A stretch of 64,000 nucleotides of DNA from Candidatus Coprovivens sp. (GTDB taxonomy: Bacteria > Bacillota_I > Bacilli_A > RF39 > UBA660). Shown piece after piece: positions 46,748 to 56,586 of the stretch. The notes under the pieces are model-generated. The model ran no database searches. It was given only the letters and a program-made list of their open reading frames with translations, and had not been told where the DNA came from. The stretch covers positions 10,753 through 74,752 of the forward strand of contig JBJFGS010000018.1 in assembly GCA_051892935.1 (NCBI GenBank), in the 5' to 3' direction. The translations under genes were made by a program, and so were the position numbers. Position 1 is the stretch's first letter; the number at the start of each line of letters is the position of its first letter.

Positions 46748-48658
46748 ATGACAACAACAAAATATGACGAAACATCTATAAAAATATTAGAAGGCCTAGA
46801 TGCCGTAAGAAAACGTCCTGGTATGTACATTGGATCTACAGATAAAAGAGGACTTCATCATTTAGTTTGGGAAATTGTCGATAATGCCATTGATGAAAGT
46901 ATTAACGGCTTCGGCGACTACATAAAAATTACCCTTAATAAAGATGGCTCAGTAACAATAGAAGACCATGGTCGCGGAGTTCCAATAGGAAAACACGAAA
47001 GTGGAATGTCAACTCCAGAAGTAGTATACACAATACTTCATGCCGGAGGTAAATTTGAAGAATCAGGATACAAAGTATCAGGAGGACTACATGGAGTAGG
47101 TGCATCAGTAGTTAATGCTCTTAGTAAAAAAATGGAAGTAACAATTTACAAAGAAGGCGTTATAAGTAATATAAAATTTGAAAATGGTGGCCATACTGTC
47201 CAAAAACTAAAACAAATAGGTACAACAAATAGAACTGGTACAACAGTAACATTTTTACCAGATCCAGAAATATTTAAAAGTACTAATTTTTCATTTACAA
47301 CAATTACTGAACGTATGCAAGAAAGCGCATTTTTACTTAGCGGTTTAACTATTGAAGTAATAGACGAAGAAGATAATCGTAGTGCTAAATTTTTCTACGA
47401 AAATGGTTTAATAAACTTCGTTGAATACATTAACGAAGGAAAAACAGTTCTACATAAAGTAATCAGCTTTAATGGTATAAAACAAGGTATAGAAGTAGAT
47501 ATAGCACTTCAATATCAAGAAGGCTATAACGAAAATATTTTATCATTTGTAAATAACGTTAAAACAAGCGATGGTGGTACACATGAAACCGGATTTAAAT
47601 CAGGTATTACTAAAGCTTTTAATGACTACGCAAAAGAAAATAATATCTTAAAAGGAAAAGATGCTACATTCGAAGGCTCAGACGTCCGTGAAGGATTAAG
47701 TGCTGTAATTAATCTAAAAATACCAGAAGCACTTCTTCAATTCGAAGGTCAAACTAAAGGAAAATTAGGTACACCAGAAGCACGTACTGTAACAGAACAA
47801 ATAACATATGAAAATATGAAATTCTTCTTAGAAGAAAACCGTGAAATAGCATTAACTATTGTTGAAAAAGCATCTCGTAGTAAAGTTGCCCGTGAAGCCG
47901 CACGAAAAGCCAGAGAAGCAGCACGAAGTGGTAAAGGTAAAGAAAAGAAAGAAAAAATACTTAGTGGAAAACTAGCTAAAGCAACAGGTAAAGACTTTAC
48001 CAAAAATGAACTGTTCCTAGTCGAAGGAGACTCTGCTGGAGGTTCAGCTAAAACAGGAAGAAATAGAGAAACACAAGCAATTTTACCATTAAGAGGTAAA
48101 GTTCTTAATTGTGAAAAAGCATCTAATAATGATATAAATAGTAACGAAGAATTAAATACCTTAACATATGCTATAGGTGCTGGAATAGGTAATGAATTTG
48201 ACCCAGCAGAATCAAACTATGGAAAAGTAATAATAATGACCGATGCCGATGATGATGGCGCTCATATTCAAATACTTCTTTTAACATTTTTCTATCGTTT
48301 CATGCGCCCTTTAATAGAAGCAGGAATGTTGTATATTGCTAATCCCCCTTTATATGCCCTTGATTTTGGAAAATATAAAGAATACGTAGCAACAGACGAA
48401 GACTTAGAAAAAAGAAAAAAAGAAGTAAAACAAGCATACAAAGTTCAACGATTTAAAGGTTTAGGTGAAATGGATGCCGATGAACTATACGAAACAACAA
48501 TGAACCCTGCAACAAGAAGTTTAATAAAAGTAACCATTGATGATGCAGCATTAGCTGAAAAACGTGTTTCAGTACTTATGGGTGATAAAGTTGAACCACG
48601 TAAAGAATGGATAGAAGAAAACGTTGACTTTACATTAGAAGATGGATTTAGGAGGTAA
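46748..48658 (+). CDS. parE: DNA topoisomerase IV subunit B
   Basis: VRKRPGMYIGSTD, EGDSAGGSAK, PLRGK, MTDADDDG, MGDKVEPRKEWIE; precedes parC. Confidence 0.93.
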   Translation: MTTTKYDETSIKILEGLDAVRKRPGMYIGSTDKRGLHHLVWEIVDNAIDESINGFGDYIKITLNKDGSVTIEDHGRGVPIGKHESGMSTPEVVYTILHAGGKFEESGYKVSGGLHGVGASVVNALSKKMEVTIYKEGVISNIKFENGGHTVQKLKQIGTTNRTGTTVTFLPDPEIFKSTNFSFTTITERMQESAFLLSGLTIEVIDEEDNRSAKFFYENGLINFVEYINEGKTVLHKVISFNGIKQGIEVDIALQYQEGYNENILSFVNNVKTSDGGTHETGFKSGITKAFNDYAKENNILKGKDATFEGSDVREGLSAVINLKIPEALLQFEGQTKGKLGTPEARTVTEQITYENMKFFLEENREIALTIVEKASRSKVAREAARKAREAARSGKGKEKKEKILSGKLAKATGKDFTKNELFLVEGDSAGGSAKTGRNRETQAILPLRGKVLNCEKASNNDINSNEELNTLTYAIGAGIGNEFDPAESNYGKVIIMTDADDDGAHIQILLLTFFYRFMRPLIEAGMLYIANPPLYALDFGKYKEYVATDEDLEKRKKEVKQAYKVQRFKGLGEMDADELYETTMNPATRSLIKVTIDDAALAEKRVSVLMGDKVEPRKEWIEENVDFTLEDGFRR

Positions 48659-48663
48659 TCAAA

Positions 48664-51210
48664 ATGGCAAAGACAAAAGAAGAAAAAAATATCATCGAGA
48701 AAATATATGATTATACTCTAGAAGATATAATGGGGGATAGATTTGGAAGATATTCCAAATCTATTATCCAAGATCGTGCTCTACCAGATGTAAGAGATGG
48801 TCTAAAGCCAGTTCAAAGAAGAATTCTATATACAATGTGGGAAAGTAAAAACACTCACGATAAACCATATCGCAAATGCGCCAAAGCAGTTGGTGATGTA
48901 ATGGGAAAATACCATCCACATGGTGATTCTTCAATATATGGTGCCATGATATATATGTCTCAACCATGGAAAATGCGTGAAATATTTATTGATATTCATG
49001 GAAATAATGGTTCAATTGATGGAGATGGTCCAGCAGCTCATCGTTATACAGAAACAAGACTTACTAAATTAGCTTTAGTAATGCTTAAAGACATTAATCG
49101 TGATGCTGTAGAAATGACCCTTAATTACGCTGATGAAGACTTAGAACCAACAGTTCTACCAGCAAACTTTCCAAACCTATTAGTTAATGGTTCTACAGGT
49201 ATTTCAGCTGGATACGCAACAAACATTCCACCACACAATCTTGGTGAAATAATTGATGCAACAATTCATCGTATTGATAATCCAAACTGCCGTTTAGATA
49301 CGATTTTAAATATCGTTAAAGGACCAGACTTTCCAACAGGTGGTGTAGTTGAAGGAAAAGAAGGATTACTACAAGCATATTCAACAGGACGTGGTCGTGT
49401 TGTTGTAAAAGCTCGTACTGAAATCGTAAAAGAAAAAGGTACTCATCAAATCATTATTCATGAAATACCTTATGATGTTTTAAAAGAACAACTACGCAAG
49501 AAAATTGAAGATATCAAAATAGATAAAAAAGTAGAAGGCATTACCGATATAATAGATGTTTCTGATAAAGAACACATGGCCAAAATTATCATCGAACTAA
49601 AAAAAGATGCTAATGCTGAACTAATTTTAAACTATTTACTAAAAAATACTGATTTACAAGTAAACTATAATTTTAATATGGTAGCAATTGTAAATCGTCG
49701 TCCAAAACAATTAAGTATTTTAGAAATATTAGATGCTTTCATAAGTCATCAAAAAGATGTTATATTACGTCGAACTAGATTCGACCTTGGAAAAGCTAAA
49801 GAAAGATTACATATCGTAGAAGGCTTATTAAAAGCAGTCGATATAATGGATGAAATAATAAAGATAATTAGAGCTTCTAAAAATAAGCAAGACTCTATTG
49901 ATAATCTTGTAAGTAAATTTGCTTTCACTATTGAGCAAGCAACAGCAATCGTAATGATGCGCTTATATACATTATCAAATACAGATATAAATTTATTATT
50001 AGAAGAACAAGAAAATCTTCGTAAAATGATTGAATTCTTAACTTCAATTCTTGAAGATGAAGAAATATTGAAAAAGCAAATGAAATCAAGTTTAATTGAA
50101 ATCAAAAAAGAATTCGGAACTCCACGTCGTACAGAAATAAAAGATGAAGTTACTGAAGTTAAATTCGATCCAAAAGATATGATTCCAAAAGAAAATGTTA
50201 TCGTTGTCGCAACAAATGAAGGATATGTAAAACGTATTCCTATAAAATCATATGTTAGTGCTAGTAGTGAACCTACTACTTTAAAACCAGGAGATTTTAT
50301 AAGAGGTTTATATAGTACAACTACACTTGATACATTATTAATGTTCACTAATCTAGGTCATTATTTATATGTCCCAGTTCATGAGATAGTAGAAACAAAG
50401 TGGAAAGAATTAGGTAAACATATTAGTAATCTAATTCAAATAAGTGCTGAAGAAAAAATTATCTCTGCCATGATTCTTGATAATCCAAAAGATAATATAA
50501 TAATGACAACTAAAAATGGTATTACAAAACGTACAAATCTTGAAAAATTAATAGTAAGTAGATATACAAAACCAATAAATGCTATGAAACTAAAAGATGA
50601 TGATGAAATAGTTTCTGTAGTAAAAGATAATGGCCGCGCTATTTTTGTAACAGAAACTGGATATTATGTAAACATTGATTCAAACGAAATCCCTATTGTT
50701 GGAGCAAAAGCATCAGGAGTAAAAGGAATCAACGTTAAAGACGATCACGTAGTTACATGTATGTCACCTGCACCATATGATGAATACATAACAATATTTA
50801 CTAATAAAAATACATCAAAACGTATTAAAATATGTGAACTTGATACCATGACAAGAGCTAAAAAAGGATCAACATTAATAAAAAAAGTAAAATCTACAAA
50901 TTACAAAATAACAAATGCAATATCAGTTAACAATCGTGATATTGTAAGTATAAAAACTGATGGTGATTTTAAAGAAATAAAAACTACTGAACTACCAATT
51001 ATGGACTTATCATCAACAGGAAGTACTATTTCTAAAACACCAATTGAAGATAGTTTCAAAGTAGCCGAATTAGTTGAACGAAAAATAGAACTTAATGCAA
51101 CAGAAGAATCCCTAAATAAGAATGTAGATAATATAGAAGAATTACCAAAAGAAAAAAAAGAAAATCAAGAACTTACAATTAATGACTTCTTAGAAGATTT
51201 TAAATTATAG
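48664..51210 (+). CDS. parC: DNA topoisomerase IV subunit A
   Basis: [50 protein letters not shown]. Confidence 0.93.
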   Translation: MAKTKEEKNIIEKIYDYTLEDIMGDRFGRYSKSIIQDRALPDVRDGLKPVQRRILYTMWESKNTHDKPYRKCAKAVGDVMGKYHPHGDSSIYGAMIYMSQPWKMREIFIDIHGNNGSIDGDGPAAHRYTETRLTKLALVMLKDINRDAVEMTLNYADEDLEPTVLPANFPNLLVNGSTGISAGYATNIPPHNLGEIIDATIHRIDNPNCRLDTILNIVKGPDFPTGGVVEGKEGLLQAYSTGRGRVVVKARTEIVKEKGTHQIIIHEIPYDVLKEQLRKKIEDIKIDKKVEGITDIIDVSDKEHMAKIIIELKKDANAELILNYLLKNTDLQVNYNFNMVAIVNRRPKQLSILEILDAFISHQKDVILRRTRFDLGKAKERLHIVEGLLKAVDIMDEIIKIIRASKNKQDSIDNLVSKFAFTIEQATAIVMMRLYTLSNTDINLLLEEQENLRKMIEFLTSILEDEEILKKQMKSSLIEIKKEFGTPRRTEIKDEVTEVKFDPKDMIPKENVIVVATNEGYVKRIPIKSYVSASSEPTTLKPGDFIRGLYSTTTLDTLLMFTNLGHYLYVPVHEIVETKWKELGKHISNLIQISAEEKIISAMILDNPKDNIIMTTKNGITKRTNLEKLIVSRYTKPINAMKLKDDDEIVSVVKDNGRAIFVTETGYYVNIDSNEIPIVGAKASGVKGINVKDDHVVTCMSPAPYDEYITIFTNKNTSKRIKICELDTMTRAKKGSTLIKKVKSTNYKITNAISVNNRDIVSIKTDGDFKEIKTTELPIMDLSSTGSTISKTPIEDSFKVAELVERKIELNATEESLNKNVDNIEELPKEKKENQELTINDFLEDFKL

Positions 51211-51212
51211 TA

Positions 51213-51255
51213 AAAAAATCACTTATTAAACATAAAATTTAATAGGTGATTTTTT
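51213..51255 (+). promoter_or_regulatory. Inverted repeat burying ylbD RBS, with SigE-like -10 in loop
   Basis: AAAAAATCACTTATTAAA-cataaaa-TTTAATAGGTGATTTTTT (18 bp, one G-U). Confidence 0.7.
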
Positions 51256-51588
51256 ATGTCAAAAGAAACATTCAAAGAATTTGTAAAAACAAAACCAGAA
51301 CTAGCTGACTACGTAAAAGATAATACAATGACATGGCAAAAATTTTATGAACTATATGATTTATATGGTGAAGATAACGAAATATGGTCAAAATATGCAA
51401 CGAGTAAATCTCAAACAAAAGTAACAGACTTTATCAAAAAATTTGATCCTGACACCTTTCAACACCATATTGAAACAGCTCAAAAAGCTCTTGATATATT
51501 TAGTGAACTAGCCACTAAAACAACAGATACAAAAAATCCAATCCCACCAAACGTTGAAAGACCTATAACTAAATTCTTCGGAGATTAA
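51256..51588 (+). CDS. ylbD: YlbD-like spore coat protein
   Basis: FKEFVKTKPEL..V..TWQKFYELY.LYGED..IW..Y. Confidence 0.85.
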   Translation: MSKETFKEFVKTKPELADYVKDNTMTWQKFYELYDLYGEDNEIWSKYATSKSQTKVTDFIKKFDPDTFQHHIETAQKALDIFSELATKTTDTKNPIPPNVERPITKFFGD

Positions 51589-51589
51589 T

Positions 51590-51808
51590 ATGGATAGAAT
51601 AGTTTTAGAAAAAATCAAAAAAGATAAACTATTTGAATATTTCAAATTAAACTCCTTTTATATAAAAGAATTAAATAGAAACCCAGCATACTACGATACA
51701 CTAAAAAAAATCCTAAAAGAAAAATACAATCTAAGAATTACAGATAAAGTATCAAACGTAATTAATGATATAGAATTAGTAAGTTCAATAGTAAGCTCAA
51801 TAAACTAA
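51590..51808 (+). CDS. YlbE-like protein
   Basis: Follows ylbD; Y.KELNRNP and DKV..I pattern. Confidence 0.65.
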   Translation: MDRIVLEKIKKDKLFEYFKLNSFYIKELNRNPAYYDTLKKILKEKYNLRITDKVSNVINDIELVSSIVSSIN

Positions 51809-51863
51809 TATTGTATTTTTTTCTTATTTATATTAAAATAAATATATAGAAAAGATGATAAAA

Positions 51864-52448
51864 ATGGATAAAGCAAAAGAAAAATTAACATTTTCAAAAA
51901 TAGAAATATTATTTATTATAGTAATGGTAGCTCTAGTTATAATAGCTGGTATTACAGTATTTTCTTTAACAACAAGAAATCAAAATATAAAGAACTTTAA
52001 AGAAGATACTATCGAATTAGTAAATCTGGCAAAAAATGCCCATGCTGCTTTTACAATGAGTGATAAAACAAGTGGAATTATATCTAGTACTGATGGAACA
52101 ACTAAAGGAATGTGTATAACTATTAAAGGATTAGAAGCAAATGATTTTCCAACAAGCAATTACAAAGATTGGGATGGCTATATTGTTATTGAAGAAACAG
52201 ATAAACTACAATTCAACTATAGTGTCTGGGTTACTAATGGTAAATACGTTATAGATGGCTATGACTCCAAAAAAATAGAAAGTCTAACAATCGATGACGG
52301 AATAACATCATATAATGATGATAATTTCACAAATAAAGTAAAAACATCATTTACAGGTACTAGTGGTGATAAAGGTGGAACCGGTTCAAGTGATGGTTCA
52401 AGTTTAAAGAGATATGAAGGTGCATGCATCAACGAAAAGGTAGAATAA
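51864..52448 (+). CDS. Type IV pilin-like protein with degenerate prepilin cleavage site
   Basis: KEKLT-FSKIEILFIIVMVALVII: F1 and E5 are kept but G(-1) is T; two Cys in the globular part. Confidence 0.6.
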   Translation: MDKAKEKLTFSKIEILFIIVMVALVIIAGITVFSLTTRNQNIKNFKEDTIELVNLAKNAHAAFTMSDKTSGIISSTDGTTKGMCITIKGLEANDFPTSNYKDWDGYIVIEETDKLQFNYSVWVTNGKYVIDGYDSKKIESLTIDDGITSYNDDNFTNKVKTSFTGTSGDKGGTGSSDGSSLKRYEGACINEKVE

Positions 52449-52488
52449 ACTACCTTTTTTTGATATACTAAATAGCGAAGGTGATAAA

Positions 52489-53403
52489 ATGTTAATAATA
52501 GGAAGCCATGTATCATTTGGTAAAAATCAATTATTAGGAGCTGCTGAAGAAGCAATTAGTTATGGAAGTAACACCTTTATGTTTTATACTGGAGCTCCAA
52601 CTAATACAATCAGAAAAGAAATAGACAAGAAGTATATCAAGGAAGCCCAAGAGCTTATGAAAAGTAATGAAATTGATATAAATAATGTAGTGTGTCATGC
52701 TCCATATATCGTTAATCTTGGTAATGCATCAGATCAAGAAAAATATAATTTTAGTAAGAACTTTATAAAAAAAGAACTTACAAGATGTGATGAAATGGGT
52801 ATATCAAAAATGGTTCTTCATCCAGGTAATGCAATAGGCATTACAAAAGAAGAAGGTTTAGAAAACATTACTAATGCCTTAAACGAAATCTTAGATGGAA
52901 CTACCAAATGTCAAATTCTTTTAGAAACAATGGCCGGTAAAGGAACAGAATGTGGCCGTACAACAGAAGAAATAGCGTATATAATAAATAGAATTGAAAG
53001 AAAAGAACAAATAGGAGTATGTTTAGATACATGTCATCTAAATGATGGTGGATATGACATGACAGACTTCGATAATTATCTTGACGAGTTTGATAAACTT
53101 ATTGGTATAGATAAAATAAAATGTATTCATATAAACGATTCCAAAAACGAAAAAGGAACACATAAAGATCGACATGCTAACCTTGGAATAGGAACAATAG
53201 GTTTCAATACATTAATAAATATAATTTATAATGAAAGACTATCAAGTATACCTAAAATTCTAGAAACTCCATACATTGGTGATACAGACGATTCAAAAGA
53301 ACGACTATATCCACCATACAAATTCGAAATAGAAATGATACGTAATAAAAACTTTAATCCAGAATTTCTAAATATGATTAGAGAATACTACAAAAATAAC
53401 TAG
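52489..53403 (+). CDS. nfo: Endonuclease IV
   Basis: IGSHVS, HAPYIVNL, LHPG, LETMAGKG, CLDTCH, HINDSK, DRH, ILETP. Confidence 0.97.
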   Translation: MLIIGSHVSFGKNQLLGAAEEAISYGSNTFMFYTGAPTNTIRKEIDKKYIKEAQELMKSNEIDINNVVCHAPYIVNLGNASDQEKYNFSKNFIKKELTRCDEMGISKMVLHPGNAIGITKEEGLENITNALNEILDGTTKCQILLETMAGKGTECGRTTEEIAYIINRIERKEQIGVCLDTCHLNDGGYDMTDFDNYLDEFDKLIGIDKIKCIHINDSKNEKGTHKDRHANLGIGTIGFNTLINIIYNERLSSIPKILETPYIGDTDDSKERLYPPYKFEIEMIRNKNFNPEFLNMIREYYKNN

Positions 53404-53405
53404 AC

Positions 53406-53435
53406 AAAAATTCTAGACCACCTAGAATTTTTTTT
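53406..53435 (+). terminator. Intrinsic terminator after nfo
   Basis: AAAAATTCTAG-accac-CTAGAATTTTT plus T run. Confidence 0.75.
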
Positions 53436-53508
53436 ATTTAATTCTAGCAACACTAGGTTGTCAAATTTATTAATGTACTTTAAATTAAAATATGAAAGGA
53501 GAATTAAA

Positions 53509-54018
53509 ATGAATAAAAAAATAAAACTACTAGGCATAGGTATAATTACTTTTATAATAGGATTATTAATTGGCATAACTTCTACAAGCATTATTTATCA
53601 CAATATAAATAATAATCAAAAAAATTTAGAAGATTCCTCAATTAGCAGAGAAGAATCAAAATATCAAGATAAAGACGAATACACTCTAGAAGAGTTATAT
53701 TCAATAGTAGAAAACCCAGAACAATTTTATCAATTAAACGATGAAAAAATGTCTAATTACAATAATGTAATGTTTCACTTTTACGATTATTTTCCAAAAG
53801 ATACAAAAGTAAAAGTAACAACTAGTACTCAAAAGCAATTCGGTAAAGTACAAAAAGTCTTAGAAGTAGAATACATTGATTACAAAGAATATATGACCAG
53901 AATGAAAGACGCATATGATTATGAAGAGAGAAAAAAGAATGAGTACAAAGATAGTAATCAAGAAGAAATCTATGATTACAGATTATTTGTAAGGGACTTA
54001 GTTTATGGTCTTAAATAA
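53509..54018 (+). CDS. Hypothetical membrane-anchored exported protein, paralog A
   Basis: AAGGAG RBS; N-terminal TM; YTLEELY.IV..P..FY..N..M..YN.VMF.FYDYF shared with next gene. Confidence 0.75.
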   Translation: MNKKIKLLGIGIITFIIGLLIGITSTSIIYHNINNNQKNLEDSSISREESKYQDKDEYTLEELYSIVENPEQFYQLNDEKMSNYNNVMFHFYDYFPKDTKVKVTTSTQKQFGKVQKVLEVEYIDYKEYMTRMKDAYDYEERKKNEYKDSNQEEIYDYRLFVRDLVYGLK

Positions 54019-54036
54019 AAAAAGAAAGGAAATAAT

Positions 54037-54522
54037 ATGAAAAAAGAATTAAAAATAATTATAATTCTTGGTGTTCTTTTTATGACAGGTACATTATCAG
54101 GATTTCTATGTACTTATAAATATTTAAAAGATACAAACAAAACTAAAGATACACAAGAAAATTTAGACATAAAAGAATCGCCATATACTTTAGAAGAATT
54201 ATATGCAATAGTAGATGATCCAGTATTATTTTATGAGAATAACTCTGCAGATATGACATCTTATAATACTGTGATGTTTAATTTCTATGATTATTTTAGT
54301 GAATCAACTCCAGTTAAAATTGCATCAAAAGTAAGAAGAAATAATAAAGGGTTAGTAATAGAAGTACTAGAAACTAAATATATAAATTATAGTGAATATA
54401 TGGAATTAATGGAAAGTGCTTATAGTTACGCATCATCTACTAAAGAGTTTTATGAATCAGATAATTTAGAACCGCAATACAATTATAGTTTGTATATCAA
54501 TCGCTTAGTATATGGAAATTAA
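54037..54522 (+). CDS. Hypothetical membrane-anchored exported protein, paralog B
   Basis: Same motif and LVYG C-terminus as 53509-54018. Confidence 0.75.
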   Translation: MKKELKIIIILGVLFMTGTLSGFLCTYKYLKDTNKTKDTQENLDIKESPYTLEELYAIVDDPVLFYENNSADMTSYNTVMFNFYDYFSESTPVKIASKVRRNNKGLVIEVLETKYINYSEYMELMESAYSYASSTKEFYESDNLEPQYNYSLYINRLVYGN

Positions 54523-54533
54523 AGGAGAATAAC

Positions 54534-55412
54534 ATGAAAAAAATAATAATAACTTTAGTAATATTGTTAATAAACATACCATTTATAAAAGCCGAAACAA
54601 TAGAAGAAAAAATACTTGAAAATAAAACTTATATAAATAATGAAGGAGTCGCTATAAGTCAAGAAAATTACGATAAAATAAAAGACTTATTAAAAGATGA
54701 TGAAATAGAAAATATCGATGCAAACATATATGACAAAATAAAAAATAGTGAAAAAGCTGTAGCATATGAAACTACAATTATCAAAACAGAGTACATAAAA
54801 ATAGGAAATGATACTTTTGTAATAGACCAAGAAATAATCGGAAATGATAATTTAAATGATATAAGTGTTACAAGTGCAACAGAAGGAAGTGTCGTACATA
54901 CAACAAACTATAAACAATTACATTTATGGGTATTTTCAAATAGCGATGGAACATACACTTTTGTAATACAAAACTCTTGGAAAAAAATTCCTTCAAATAA
55001 ATCATTTGATGTTTTAGCATTTAGATGGGAAGGAAATGTAACAGAAAATAAAAACACAATTTATGGAGAGCAAAATTATAAAACATCAACATCTCAAGTA
55101 AATCCTCCATATATTGAATATCAATATGGTAATGGTAATTATAAATATGAATCAAATGGAGTAGGATTATCGCAAAATTTAGTTAATGGCGATTATTATT
55201 ACGTAAATCAATTAGAAATAACAGCATCTTGTTCTGGTACAATAAAAATATACGGAACATACCAACACGCTCAAGGAAACTTAACACTTTTAGATTCTAA
55301 ATCCTACTCAATTTCAAGTGGTGGTTTAGGAAATGTACTTTATTATAGCAATAGTACTATCAGAAATACTTATGACAATATGCAAGGACTAAGCGTATCA
55401 TTCATTGCTTAA
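54534..55412 (+). CDS. Hypothetical secreted beta-rich protein
   Basis: Signal peptide ending IKA; AAGGAG RBS. Confidence 0.75.
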   Translation: MKKIIITLVILLINIPFIKAETIEEKILENKTYINNEGVAISQENYDKIKDLLKDDEIENIDANIYDKIKNSEKAVAYETTIIKTEYIKIGNDTFVIDQEIIGNDNLNDISVTSATEGSVVHTTNYKQLHLWVFSNSDGTYTFVIQNSWKKIPSNKSFDVLAFRWEGNVTENKNTIYGEQNYKTSTSQVNPPYIEYQYGNGNYKYESNGVGLSQNLVNGDYYYVNQLEITASCSGTIKIYGTYQHAQGNLTLLDSKSYSISSGGLGNVLYYSNSTIRNTYDNMQGLSVSFIA

Positions 55413-55482
55413 TAAGCATGTTAAAAAATCAGAAAGATCTGATTTTTTTCTGTTATAATATTAGCAGAAAAAGGTGATACTT

Positions 55483-56493
55483 ATGAATGATAAGTTAGAA
55501 CTAGGGAAAAAAATTACCAAAGCCCGAAAAGAAAAAATGTTAACACAACAAGAGCTAGCAATAAAACTCCATGTAACAGATAAAGCTGTAAGTAATTGGG
55601 AAACAGGGAGAAACACTCCAGATATTGAATTATTAAAAAAAATAGAACAAGAATTAAATATCAAATTAATTGATAAAGTAGTAGATAAAAAACAAAATAG
55701 AAATAAAAAAATTTTTATTATTTTAACAATCATTCACCTAGTAATAACTTTGTTTCTTTTTATATATTTTGTAAACAATTACAATAAAATAAATATCTAT
55801 CAAATATCACTAGAAAATAATATATTTACAATAAAAGACAGTTACATAGCCATATCAAACGATGATTTAATAATTGATTTAGGAAGAATAGAAAATACTT
55901 TATTACCATATCAGCCATCATATGAAATAAAACTTTATTACCAAGAAAATAATCAAAAAAAAATAATAGCTACCAAAAATAATTATGAAAACTTAACTTT
56001 AAATTATTCAAAAAGCCAGCCAAATTATAAATTAATAAAAGAAAATCTAGACTATTTATATATTCAAATTTCATATATTGACTATGAAGACCAAGTTCAA
56101 ACAGAACAAATAAAATTAAATTTATCTTCTAAAATAAGCAATAATATATTATTTTATTCAAATAAAGAAAATGTATTTATTCAAGATCAAAATATAATCA
56201 ATTTATTAAAAAATAATAATTATACTGAAATAGGTAATAATACTTGGGAAAAGAAAATAAATAACGATTATTATAGTTATGATGTAAAAAAAGACATATT
56301 TTACTATGAGGGCATATATGAAGATGTGAAAATATATGCCAAAATTGATTCAAATAATATAAAAACTTTTGCTATTATAGAAAACAACGATATAATAACT
56401 TATTCTACTAAAAGTACAAGCAATCTAAATAAATATGAAGACATAGTCTCCGAAAAACTAAAAGAAAAAAATAAATTAATTAATACCACCTAG
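55483..56493 (+). CDS. XRE-family HTH regulator with TM helix and extracellular domain
   Basis: LTQQELAIKLHVTDKAVSNWETGRNTPD then TM. Confidence 0.88.
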   Translation: MNDKLELGKKITKARKEKMLTQQELAIKLHVTDKAVSNWETGRNTPDIELLKKIEQELNIKLIDKVVDKKQNRNKKIFIILTIIHLVITLFLFIYFVNNYNKINIYQISLENNIFTIKDSYIAISNDDLIIDLGRIENTLLPYQPSYEIKLYYQENNQKKIIATKNNYENLTLNYSKSQPNYKLIKENLDYLYIQISYIDYEDQVQTEQIKLNLSSKISNNILFYSNKENVFIQDQNIINLLKNNNYTEIGNNTWEKKINNDYYSYDVKKDIFYYEGIYEDVKIYAKIDSNNIKTFAIIENNDIITYSTKSTSNLNKYEDIVSEKLKEKNKLINTT

Positions 56494-56586
56494 CTAAAAA
56501 GCTAGTTTTTTTGTTAAATGATGTTAAATTGATACTTAGAAATAGTTAGTTATGATATAATAATCTAGAAAAGGTAGGAGAGAGTT

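Noticed and set aside
46748-51210. gyrB/gyrA assignment
   Set aside because: N-terminal [19 protein letters not shown] and C-terminal VEPRKEWIE motifs plus position after yneF fit Firmicute parE/parC
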